A stretch of DNA of 64,000 nucleotides from Candidatus Babeliales bacterium (GTDB lineage Bacteria > Babelota > Babeliae > Babelales > JANWKD01). The first letter of the stretch is position 1. The number at the start of each line of letters is the position of its first letter. The DNA lies in contig OY969622.1 in NCBI GenBank assembly GCA_963701665.1, positions 1,152,001 through 1,216,000 of the forward strand, written 5' to 3'. Positions 21,634 through 29,844 of the stretch are shown one piece after another. The notes beneath the pieces are model-generated. The model was not told where the DNA came from. It saw nothing but the letters and a program-made list of their open reading frames with translations, and did no database searches. Position numbers and translations under genes: made by a program.

Positions 21634-22215
21634 ATGATGAATTCTACCAACAATTATTTCGATTACAATCTTTCCCAAGAATGTATTAAACAATTAAAAG
21701 AAAATTCGACATGGTATTTGATTTTGGGAATTTGCATGACAATCTTAGGAATGATCGCCCTTCTTTTTTCTTACACCACAACAATCTTTTCCGTTGTTTA
21801 TTTAGGCTTATTGTTGATCGCTGTCGGTGCTTTTGAACTTTTTCAAGCATTTAAGATGAGCAAATGGAGCACATTTTTCTTGCACATATTTTTGGGGGTA
21901 CTCTTTATCGTTGGCGGTACCCTGATGATCATGAATCCTACCATAAATGCTATCAATCTTACCTTGTTCTTAGCATTCTTTTTTATGGTTTCAGGCATTG
22001 TAAAAATAATTTTTGCCTGCGCAAAAAATATTCCTCATAAGTTTTGGCTTATCCTAAATGGCGTTTTAACGCTTATCTTAGGGATTCTTATTTGGTATCA
22101 ATGGCCATATTCCGGCTTATGGGTTATCGGTATGTTTGTCGGTATTGATGCAATCTTTACCGGTTGGACATGGATTATGTTATCAATTGCAGCTAAAAAG
22201 ATTAGTTATAAATAA
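21634..22215 (+). CDS. HdeD/DUF308 family membrane protein
   Basis: WYLILGI...GVLFIVGG...P..GLWVIGMFVGID pattern; six TM segments; AAGGAG RBS before ATG 21634. Confidence 0.88.
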   Translation: MMNSTNNYFDYNLSQECIKQLKENSTWYLILGICMTILGMIALLFSYTTTIFSVVYLGLLLIAVGAFELFQAFKMSKWSTFFLHIFLGVLFIVGGTLMIMNPTINAINLTLFLAFFFMVSGIVKIIFACAKNIPHKFWLILNGVLTLILGILIWYQWPYSGLWVIGMFVGIDAIFTGWTWIMLSIAAKKISYK

Positions 22216-22231
22216 AATTGATAGTTCTGTT

Positions 22232-22495
22232 TTAGTTTCTTTTTACCAACATATGACACTTAGCACATGACTGATTCAGAGGGATACTGGATGGATAATT
22301 TAATGCTTCAAAAAGACATTGCGGATAATTAATATGTCCAGCAGGATCTTGTAGATAATTTTTCATAACCGGATGTCGTGCTTGCTCTTCTAAAGTCATC
22401 CCACTACTTTTTGCACCTACAAAAAGTTCCATCGCATTATTTGTTGAAATTAAAAAAAATAACGCATAAAAAGAGATATTGCCTATTTTTTTCAT
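22232..22495 (-). CDS. Small secreted hypothetical protein
   Basis: MKKIGNISFYALFFLISTNNA-MELF; C-terminal CxxCH-like CAKCH of unknown meaning. Confidence 0.5.
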   Translation of the reverse strand: MKKIGNISFYALFFLISTNNAMELFVGAKSSGMTLEEQARHPVMKNYLQDPAGHINYPQCLFEALNYPSSIPLNQSCAKCHMLVKRN

Positions 22496-22572
22496 TATTG
22501 ATTTCTTTCTGAATATAATTTTATAGGTATTAGTATTCATGTTAATTTTATTTTCAGAAAAATCAATCTTAC

Positions 22573-22845
22573 TCACGGTTTATTTTCAAAAGTTGGGTCT
22601 TTTTTAACCATATCTTTCCAAAAATTTTTCTTCCATTTTGATTCCGCGGTAGCCGCCGTGCACTCTTTTTTCTTTCTTATATTATATCCTGAAGGTGGTC
22701 GTGGTGGACTCTGCTTTGAGCGCTGCTTTGGACTTTGCTTTGGTCTATAAATAACGCCTTTTTTGTGTGACTTGCGTTTATAACATGGGGTCATTGGGAA
22801 AAAATGACACATGAGCAGTACATAAAAAAGAATTTTATAGTTCAT
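22573..22845 (-). CDS. Small basic secreted protein (duplicated leader, copy A)
   Basis: GAGGT RBS; leader MNYKILFYVLLMCHFFPMTPC; K/R/P/S-rich body. Confidence 0.7.
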   Translation of the reverse strand: MNYKILFYVLLMCHFFPMTPCYKRKSHKKGVIYRPKQSPKQRSKQSPPRPPSGYNIRKKKECTAATAESKWKKNFWKDMVKKDPTFENKP

Positions 22846-22852
22846 AAATACC

Positions 22853-23101
22853 TCAATTTTCAGAACCATGTGGCATAACTGATATTTCTGTATATCCCTG
22901 ATAAAAATCTTTTTCTAGTCGTTTAGTTTTGTCTTGATTTAAGCCCGGTTTTGAAGATTTTTTACCTGGCTCGAATTTTGATTTATAAAATTGAGCAGTA
23001 TCACTTTTATGTCTAAATTTTTTGCCCAGTAATTTAAAACATGGAGTCATCGGGAAAAAATGGCACATCAATAATGCGCAAAAAAGAATTTTATAGTTCA
23101 T
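22853..23101 (-). CDS. Small basic secreted protein (duplicated leader, copy B)
   Basis: GAGGTG RBS; leader MNYKILFCALLMCHFFPMTPC; Lys-rich body. Confidence 0.7.
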   Translation of the reverse strand: MNYKILFCALLMCHFFPMTPCFKLLGKKFRHKSDTAQFYKSKFEPGKKSSKPGLNQDKTKRLEKDFYQGYTEISVMPHGSEN

Positions 23102-23108
23102 AAACACC

Positions 23109-23498
23109 TCATTCATTACACGAGTGTTCAATGCAGGTATCACATGCATTAATACAATCTTGGCAAAGCCAATTAATTTGATGACAAGAATTGACGCAAT
23201 CATTATCAAGAACATCACACAAATCGGCTGATTTATCACACGCATCCATACATTGCTCGCACACTCGAATACATGCCTGCGTTTTTTCTGTGCAATCCTT
23301 AGATTTGCATTCTTTTAAATGAAGTCTGCATTGAGTGATACATTCTTGGACCGCATCATAGGCGGCTTTGAAAATATGGTCAACTTTGTGCACATTGTTA
23401 TGGTTTTTGTGTAATGCAACAATTTTTTTGCACGTGTCAAGAGCAGCCTCGCACGCAAGAATGCACGCGTTACATGCTTCAATATGATTTGCTTTCAT
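23109..23498 (-). CDS. Cys-rich four-helix-bundle copper-binding protein (DUF326/Csp-like)
   Basis: Repeated CxxxCxxC spacing throughout a 129-aa helical protein. Confidence 0.75.
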   Translation of the reverse strand: MKANHIEACNACILACEAALDTCKKIVALHKNHNNVHKVDHIFKAAYDAVQECITQCRLHLKECKSKDCTEKTQACIRVCEQCMDACDKSADLCDVLDNDCVNSCHQINWLCQDCINACDTCIEHSCNE

Positions 23499-23573
23499 AG
23501 CGTCTCTTTCTTATTTACAGTAATTAATTTTAATCACTCTACTATAAAAAAAAGATAGAAAACAATAAGACTA

Positions 23574-23807
23574 TTAATTCGTTTTTTTAGGTGCTTTTTT
23601 CTTTGCAGCAGGAGAAATCTCAGGTTTTTCTTTTACTTTACCCAATTCAACTAACGCTTCTATCGCTCTACGTTCACTCCGAGTAACACGTGAATATGCA
23701 CGCGATACATCCGTAACTGTTTTTTTTGGGGTTACTTTTTTCATTGCTGCAAGCTCTAAGAAACATGTACCCATCACAATGCTCAGAACAAGTGCATTAT
23801 AGTTCAT
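23574..23807 (-). CDS. Small basic secreted hypothetical protein
   Basis: AAGGA RBS; signal peptide ending LAA-MKKV; SPAAKKKAPKK tail. Confidence 0.65.
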   Translation of the reverse strand: MNYNALVLSIVMGTCFLELAAMKKVTPKKTVTDVSRAYSRVTRSERRAIEALVELGKVKEKPEISPAAKKKAPKKTN

Positions 23808-24093
23808 ACATTCCTTTTATAAAAAAAATAATAATTATGCTACAACGACATTCATTAGCATTTTTAAAATATAAAAAGAAAGCTAGTATGGCAATCCACG
23901 TTAAAACATCTTCTATTTTTGTTATCGAATACGGTTGTTGGCTAAAAAACTAGATGCATCATCGCCAAGAGAAGAAATTATTTTTGCTAATTCATTTATA
24001 ACATAACGATCAGATACATTTAGAGTTGCCTTTATTAATTCATCGACTTTTGATGCTGCATTAGAAATTATAACCTCAGGTTGCGCCTTTGTA

Positions 24094-24465
24094 TCAAAAA
24101 AAATAGAGAAAACAGGGCCTTTTAAGCATAGCCCCGAAACGTTCTGACAATGCTTTTCTTAAATTCTGAAGACCCTTATCAGTACTTTTAACAGTCTGTG
24201 TTTCTTCTCCCAATTTTTTAAGACTAGCACTCAACGGTGATAAGAGTTTCCTTAAATCATCAGTAGAACGACTAGAATAAGGAAGCACTATACGCGCATT
24301 TTTTAATGAAGATAAATTTGCAAACACTGCCATTATTGTCTCTTCTATCGATCTGTAGGGAGAAACAACAGGAGGCTTTAATGGAATGCCTTTACTTGCA
24401 GCCTGAATTTGCATAAAAAAAAATGAATTTAACAAGTAAATAAACACCATTATAAAATTCTTCAT
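24094..24465 (-). CDS. Secreted hypothetical protein, possibly frameshifted near 24100-24125
   Basis: GAGGGGG RBS and signal peptide (..QIQA). An overlapping frame stays open from about 24119 to 23922. Confidence 0.6.
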   Translation of the reverse strand: MKNFIMVFIYLLNSFFFMQIQAASKGIPLKPPVVSPYRSIEETIMAVFANLSSLKNARIVLPYSSRSTDDLRKLLSPLSASLKKLGEETQTVKSTDKGLQNLRKALSERFGAMLKRPCFLYFF

Positions 24466-24629
24466 AGAACCCCCTCATATTATTGTTATCAATATCCCCC
24501 TCTTTTAACTAAGAATAGCTATTTTATCTTTAAAGAATCAATAAACTCTTGTTTTTTATGGGAGCGGCCTTATATAATAAAGTCATATTTGAAATTTTGA
24601 TTGTAATATAATATTAATAGGTGATATTT

Positions 24630-25745
24630 ATGAAAACATATATTTTTACAAAGTTAGTCATACTTAGTCTTTTGATGGGGTTGCTATCATTATTTGCATT
24701 TGAGCTAAAGTGTGCACAAAAATTGAATGGCCTTCCTTTTGAAAAAGTGGCGAAATTAGCTGATCAACTTTCAGTGCAAGATGAAAAACAAATTATTGAA
24801 TTTTTTAAACAGCACGAACAAGAAATCAAACCTTTAACCAACCTAGAAGGGTTTCGCGTTTGGAAAAAAGTATTTGCAACAAATAACAGCAATCTTAAAA
24901 AAGCTGGGCTACAAAATATAGAAAGCTCTGTTGAAAATTATGGTATTCCATTAACTAACACAGCGTTTATTCTTGAAATTGCGGGTCCGGGAAATCGATG
25001 GCAGAATATTGTCCAATATTTAGGAAAAATGAGCGATAGTGATGCCTATACTTATGCAATACACTTGGGACAAAATGTTAAAGAAAACAAAAAGAAATTA
25101 CACAACTTCCGTCACGATATTGAAACTCTTTATCAAAAAAATCCAATACCGACTTATCAAGCACTAAGTCGTATATTTTTAGGAAATACTCTTGCAAAAC
25201 AAATCCAAGACAAGCATCTCACCCATATAAAGCAACCCCATCGCTATTTAGTTAAATATCCATGGGCACCCGAAAATGCCCCTATTAATGATATCAATTA
25301 TGCTGTTGTTGAAGATCACATCAATAATGCCCGTCACATCGTTGATACAAAGTATCTTGATTCACTTGCAAAAAAAGGCACTTCTCCGACGACAATTCAA
25401 GCAAACTATATCAACATTAAAGAAATTCCAGTAAGCCTTATCCCACAAATTCTTGAAGCATTCAAAGCAGGATTATGGAACTTTAATGCGTTATTCAAAG
25501 ATGGTGATATTTATTTTGCCAATACAGAACAACCAAATAGCGCAAGTCCTGAACTTATTGCAAAAGGTTTTAATGCACAAGATTCGTTTTGGCGGAACAG
25601 AATTAAAAATGCTTTTATAGAGTTCGCATCAATGCTAAAAACGAGTGGCACTAAGGCACAACAAGAAGCCTTCAGGAAATTTATTATTTCTGATAAAGAA
25701 ACTCAAGAATTACCTTTTTATGATATGATTAAAGATAGCATTTAA
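24630..25745 (+). CDS. Secreted hypothetical protein, possible degenerate kinase-like fold
   Basis: AGGTG RBS; hydrophobic N-terminus; YAVVEDHI...GLWNFNALFKDGDIYFANTE. Confidence 0.65.
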   Translation: MKTYIFTKLVILSLLMGLLSLFAFELKCAQKLNGLPFEKVAKLADQLSVQDEKQIIEFFKQHEQEIKPLTNLEGFRVWKKVFATNNSNLKKAGLQNIESSVENYGIPLTNTAFILEIAGPGNRWQNIVQYLGKMSDSDAYTYAIHLGQNVKENKKKLHNFRHDIETLYQKNPIPTYQALSRIFLGNTLAKQIQDKHLTHIKQPHRYLVKYPWAPENAPINDINYAVVEDHINNARHIVDTKYLDSLAKKGTSPTTIQANYINIKEIPVSLIPQILEAFKAGLWNFNALFKDGDIYFANTEQPNSASPELIAKGFNAQDSFWRNRIKNAFIEFASMLKTSGTKAQQEAFRKFIISDKETQELPFYDMIKDSI

Positions 25746-25821
25746 TGTTCAAAAAAGAACACGCGCAACTTTGCTTTAGTAAGTACTACCTACTGACTTG
25801 TCGGTGGTTCTGATTTTCACT

Positions 25822-27744
25822 TTACTTTTCATAACGAGTGCCTAAATGCTGCGCTAAAAATTTTTCCACTGCAGCATAAAACTTCATGCGATTTTCTTGA
25901 CGAACTAAGCTGTGTCCCTCATCAGGAAAAAGTAAGTATTCATGAGGAATGCCCTTTTCTTGCAGAGCGGCAACAAATTGTTCTGATTCTGATTGTTTCA
26001 CACGCACATCGTTTGCACCATGCGCGAGCAATAAAGGAATCCTTAGATTCTCAATGCTAAATAAAGGAGAACGAGATTTAAGAAATTTTTCATCACTCAG
26101 TTTCCCTATGCGTTGTTCCCATTGTGCTAATGACCAATAAGGTGGTAACGTTTGTAAAACGGTGATCAAATTACTCGGAGCACACATTGCAATCGAACAG
26201 CAAAAAATATCGGGCGTAAAGGTTGCACCTACGAGCGCAGCATAACCGCCATAAGAACCGCCAAAAATAGCAATTTTTTTAGGATCAGCAATTCCTCGAT
26301 CTAGTGCCCATTGAACCCCATCAATAAGATCATCCTGCATTTTTCCGCCCCACTCGCCATTACCGGCAGCTAAAAATGTTTTTCCATAGCCACTTGAACC
26401 GCGATAATTAACTTGCAAGACAGCACAACCGCGATTAGCAAGTAATTGCACAACAGGATCATAACCCCAACTATCTCGACAAAATGGACCGCCATGAACA
26501 TACAACACTAAGGGTAGATTTTTTTTCTCAACAATAGGACGGGTCAAATAGCCATAAATTTTTAGACCGTCACGCGCAACGAAAGAAAGCGATTCCATAT
26601 GAGCAAGTTGATAGTTATTAAGCTCTGGATTGCGATAAAATAAAAAAGTTGCTTCTTTTGTGTCAAAATTATATGCATAATATTCAACTGATTTGTTATC
26701 AAATTCAAAACCAAGTAATACTTTTTTGCCATCATAAGTTCCTCTCATGGCAACCAGGTCACCTGCACACAAAGAAAGAATGGTATCATAATCTTTTTGC
26801 ATCGCTGGATCAAGAACTTTATAGGAATAGCGTTCTTTGTTAAAACATACTAATTCTGGTTCATACGTATCGACATTAAAACAGACACTTTCAACATCAT
26901 ATTCGGCATCTTGCGCAAGAATTTCCAGCTGCCCTGTCTTAACATTTAAACGTTGTAAGCAACGTGTATTCGTTTTCAATGAACTATTCAAAAATAAATA
27001 TGAATTATCTTTTGAGAAACCTAAAATAGCTGAATACATTTCATCTTCTAATGCATCTTCAAAACCCACCGATAAAAGCTTGTGCCATTTTTCATTGCTA
27101 TTTTTTCGTACAAAAAGATCTTGCGAACCATCAGCATTTGTTTGTAATGCACCCAACACTTGCAAATGCCTGCCAACAATCCATCTGGTGAAAGTGCCTG
27201 GATTTTTCGCAACTAATGTTATAGCACCTGTGTTTAAATCAAGATTATATACATCAAAAAATTTTGGATTATCTTTGTTCATTTCTATCAAAACTTCATG
27301 ATGATGATCTTTATCAATAGCATTTATATGTGCTTTCACTCCTTGGAACAGTGTAAAGTTTTTCACTTCTCCTGTAAGGGAATCAAGAGCAAAAATACTA
27401 TAATTCTCATCACCATTATTATCTTTTAGATATAACAACTGCTTGCCATTTGGCGCCCATGAATAACTAAAAATGCCTCGTTTAGTTTCATGACTAAGCA
27501 CTTTATCATCATTTTGGCCTACTGTTTTTACCCAAATGTTCGAGACACCCTCGTAAGGTGCACAATACGCCATCTTAGTTCCATCAGGTGAAAGAGTTGG
27601 ATACGTCTTTTCAGGGTTGCCAAATAAGACTGCCCGAGGAATAAGTGGTACGGCTGTAATAGTATTTAAGAATAGTACATAGCTGGCAATTATAAGCAGA
27701 AATGACATAAAAATGAGGGGTGTTGATTTAAATGAAGTTTTCAT
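25822..27744 (-). CDS. S9 family peptidase (dipeptidyl aminopeptidase/acylaminoacyl peptidase)
   Basis: LIPRAVLFGNP, HGGP, NYRGSSGYG, catalytic GGSYGG, GANDVRV and FPDEGH. Confidence 0.93.
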   Translation of the reverse strand: MKTSFKSTPLIFMSFLLIIASYVLFLNTITAVPLIPRAVLFGNPEKTYPTLSPDGTKMAYCAPYEGVSNIWVKTVGQNDDKVLSHETKRGIFSYSWAPNGKQLLYLKDNNGDENYSIFALDSLTGEVKNFTLFQGVKAHINAIDKDHHHEVLIEMNKDNPKFFDVYNLDLNTGAITLVAKNPGTFTRWIVGRHLQVLGALQTNADGSQDLFVRKNSNEKWHKLLSVGFEDALEDEMYSAILGFSKDNSYLFLNSSLKTNTRCLQRLNVKTGQLEILAQDAEYDVESVCFNVDTYEPELVCFNKERYSYKVLDPAMQKDYDTILSLCAGDLVAMRGTYDGKKVLLGFEFDNKSVEYYAYNFDTKEATFLFYRNPELNNYQLAHMESLSFVARDGLKIYGYLTRPIVEKKNLPLVLYVHGGPFCRDSWGYDPVVQLLANRGCAVLQVNYRGSSGYGKTFLAAGNGEWGGKMQDDLIDGVQWALDRGIADPKKIAIFGGSYGGYAALVGATFTPDIFCCSIAMCAPSNLITVLQTLPPYWSLAQWEQRIGKLSDEKFLKSRSPLFSIENLRIPLLLAHGANDVRVKQSESEQFVAALQEKGIPHEYLLFPDEGHSLVRQENRMKFYAAVEKFLAQHLGTRYEK

Positions 27745-27884
27745 GAATTACCTTTTTTAGGATGCTAAAATTTAATATTAGTATATCAAAAGCTAAAAAA
27801 TCATAAAGGGGGATTATTACACTGCCAACCAAAATTATTGCGACCATAGAAAATAACTAATAAAATATACTAAGGAGCAAAAAT

Positions 27885-28034
27885 ATGAAAAAAATAGTAC
27901 AAAATGCCTCAGATAAGACTTTTGAAGAAAAGATGCATGATTTGAAACAAGCTTATGAAAAGGCAGAAACAAATCCTTCTCGCCTCCTTTTTATTAAAGA
28001 ATGGGAAATTCTTGACGTTGAAGATTGGAAATAA
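27885..28034 (+). CDS. 49-aa ORF resembling an antitoxin C-terminal segment (not in ORF track)
   Basis: TAAGGAG RBS; MKKIVQNASDKTFEEKMHDLKQAYEKAETNPSRLLFIKEWEILDVEDWK. Confidence 0.5.
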   Translation: MKKIVQNASDKTFEEKMHDLKQAYEKAETNPSRLLFIKEWEILDVEDWK

Positions 28035-28299
28035 AAAAATTATTCTTCTTCAAAACATCCAAATCCATACTCCTGTCAGCCTTTTGCATAAGTGCTTTTT
28101 TAAGCTCATCAATAATAGCTTTATTTTTAGGATCAAAGAGCCATTTTTTTTCTTGAGGAATTTCTTGTATTGGCTCAAGGATAATGTTTCCGCTCTTTTC
28201 ATATATTCTGTAAAGATGCTATAAATCTTTAGCTATTTCTTTGGGGATAGTAACACGATTACGAGAGTCCACTGTAACGTATATAGCTGCTTTTTTCAT
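27994..28299 (-). pseudogene. AbrB/MazE-type antitoxin-like gene with an internal TAG
   Basis: AGAGGTG RBS; MKKAAIYVTVDSRNRVTIPKEIAKDL*HLYRIYEKSGNIILEPIQEIPQEKKWLFDP. TAG at 28219-28221; 3' end uncertain. Confidence 0.65.
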
Positions 28300-28366
28300 A
28301 TAACACCTCTTATTTTCATATTGTACCAATAAATGGGCAAGGTATTGATAAAAATATTATAAACAC

Positions 28367-28426
28367 TTGAAAATTAAGAAAGTTCCTTGTAAATTCTAAA
28401 TTAGATTCAAAATTTACAAGGAACTT
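28367..28426 (+). promoter_or_regulatory. Sigma70-like promoter overlapped by a 16-bp perfect inverted repeat
   Basis: TTGAAA-17-TAAATT; AAGTTCCTTGTAAATT (28380-28395) and AATTTACAAGGAACTT (28411-28426) end at the ATG. Confidence 0.65.
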
Positions 28427-29599
28427 ATGCGTAGAGAACACTATTTAGCCCAGATAAAAAATAATTTTCGGGTACACTCAGTATGCGCTGTTCTCGGCCC
28501 TCGCCAAGTAGGTAAAACAACCTTAGCCAAGATGTTTATTCAAGAACATTTTTCTGGTAACGCCCATTTTTTCGATTTAGAAAACCCTTTGGACTTAGCT
28601 CGCCTTGAAAATCCACTCTTAGCCTTTGAAGCAATTGAACAAACACTTATTGTTATTGATGAGGTTCAACGTCGACCAGATCTTTTTCCTATTCTGCGAG
28701 TTCTTGTTGATCGAGACAATAATCCTCATAAATACCTCATTCTTGGCAGTGCCTCACGAGATCTCATTGCCCAATCATCTGAAACCTTAGCAGGAAGAAT
28801 TGGCTATATTGAACTTCCACCCTTTTCACTTTTTGAAGTAAAAAATAGCAAACGACTGTGGTCTCGTGGTGGATTTCCCCGCTCATATTTAGCAGATACG
28901 CAAGAAGATAGCTATTTTTGGCGACAAAGTTATATTACTACTTTTTTGGAACGGGATATTCCAAATCTTGGTTTTTCAGTTCCTTCGGCACAGATGCGCC
29001 GATTTTGGCTTATGCTTGCCCATTATCATGGTCAAATATTTAATGCTTCTGAACTTGCACGATCATTAGCACTATCCGATCATATGGTACGTAAGTATCT
29101 TGATATTTTAGCCGGGACTTTTATGATACGTATCCTACCGCCTTGGTTTGAAAATTTACACAAACGACAAGTTAAATCACCAAAAATGTATTTTCGCGAT
29201 AGTGGCATTTTACATGCGTTATTGGGAATTATTAACGAATCAGAGCTACAAATATTTCCTAAACTTGGCTCTTTTTGGGAAGGCTTTGCGCTCGAAGAAA
29301 TAATTCGCACTTTTGATGCATCACAAGGCGAATATTATTTTTGGTCAACACAAGCACAAGCAGAACTTGATTTGTTCATCTTAAAACATGGTAAACGATT
29401 AGGTTTTGAATTCAAATATACCGATGCACCAAAACTCACCAAATCAATGCACATTGCATTAGAAGATCTTAAGCTTGATCACCTGGCAGTATTGTATCCT
29501 GGCAAGGAGATATTCCCGCTGGGCGAACGCATGTATGCTTATGGCCTTGAAACAATTGCATCAGGCGAATTTTTGCACACTATAAAAGAATACTTTTAA
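28427..29599 (+). CDS. AAA+ ATPase (AAA_14) with DUF4143 domain
   Basis: GPRQVGKT, IDEVQ, LGSAS, ETLAGRI, RGGFP, KSPKMYFRDSG and a C-terminal ELD...EFK nuclease-like motif. Confidence 0.92.
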   Translation: MRREHYLAQIKNNFRVHSVCAVLGPRQVGKTTLAKMFIQEHFSGNAHFFDLENPLDLARLENPLLAFEAIEQTLIVIDEVQRRPDLFPILRVLVDRDNNPHKYLILGSASRDLIAQSSETLAGRIGYIELPPFSLFEVKNSKRLWSRGGFPRSYLADTQEDSYFWRQSYITTFLERDIPNLGFSVPSAQMRRFWLMLAHYHGQIFNASELARSLALSDHMVRKYLDILAGTFMIRILPPWFENLHKRQVKSPKMYFRDSGILHALLGIINESELQIFPKLGSFWEGFALEEIIRTFDASQGEYYFWSTQAQAELDLFILKHGKRLGFEFKYTDAPKLTKSMHIALEDLKLDHLAVLYPGKEIFPLGERMYAYGLETIASGEFLHTIKEYF

Positions 29600-29616
29600 G
29601 CAGACAACAGTTTTTA

Positions 29617-29754
29617 TTACAACAAGATCTTAGCAATCCACACGCCATCTTTTTCGAGCGAGCGCAATCCAAGATCCCACAAATCCTGAGCGATCGTTTT
29701 ACCAACGCCGGGAATTTGTTGAAATTCTTTCAAAACTCCAGATTTGGTTTTCAT
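29617..29754 (-). pseudogene. Chimeric remnant: helix-hairpin-helix (Cdd1-like) N-terminus fused to a copy of the ValS C-terminus
   Basis: MKTKSGVLKEFQQIPGVGKTIAQDLWDLGLRS-LEKDGVWIAKILL*; ValS ends LEKDGVWVAKILI*. Confidence 0.75.
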
Positions 29755-29783
29755 AATGTTCTTTTCTTAATGTCCATCTTCAT

Positions 29784-29819
29784 AAAAAAAGGCAGCATAT
29801 AAAAATTATACGCTGCCTT
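29784..29819 (-). terminator. Intrinsic terminator after the WD40 gene
   Basis: Minus strand AAGGCAGCGTATA-ATTTT-TATATGCTGCC followed by T7. Confidence 0.8.
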
Positions 29820-29844
29820 ATACATAATTTACAAAAAAATTAAA

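Noticed and set aside
22232..22290. CAKCH as a c-type cytochrome heme site
   Set aside because: It is a single motif at the extreme C-terminus of a short orphan ORF with no cytochrome context; chance is likely.
22853..23245. 130-aa version of the ORF
   Set aside because: The extension overlaps the Cys-rich gene; the duplicated RBS and leader place the start at 23101.
28219..28221. In-frame TAG as evidence for stop-codon reassignment
   Set aside because: TAG terminates conserved genes here (gspF, murJ), so a nonsense mutation or base error is more likely.
27955..28224. 89-aa plus-strand ORF
   Set aside because: It has no RBS and overlaps two better-supported frames (27885-28034 and the AbrB-like remnant).
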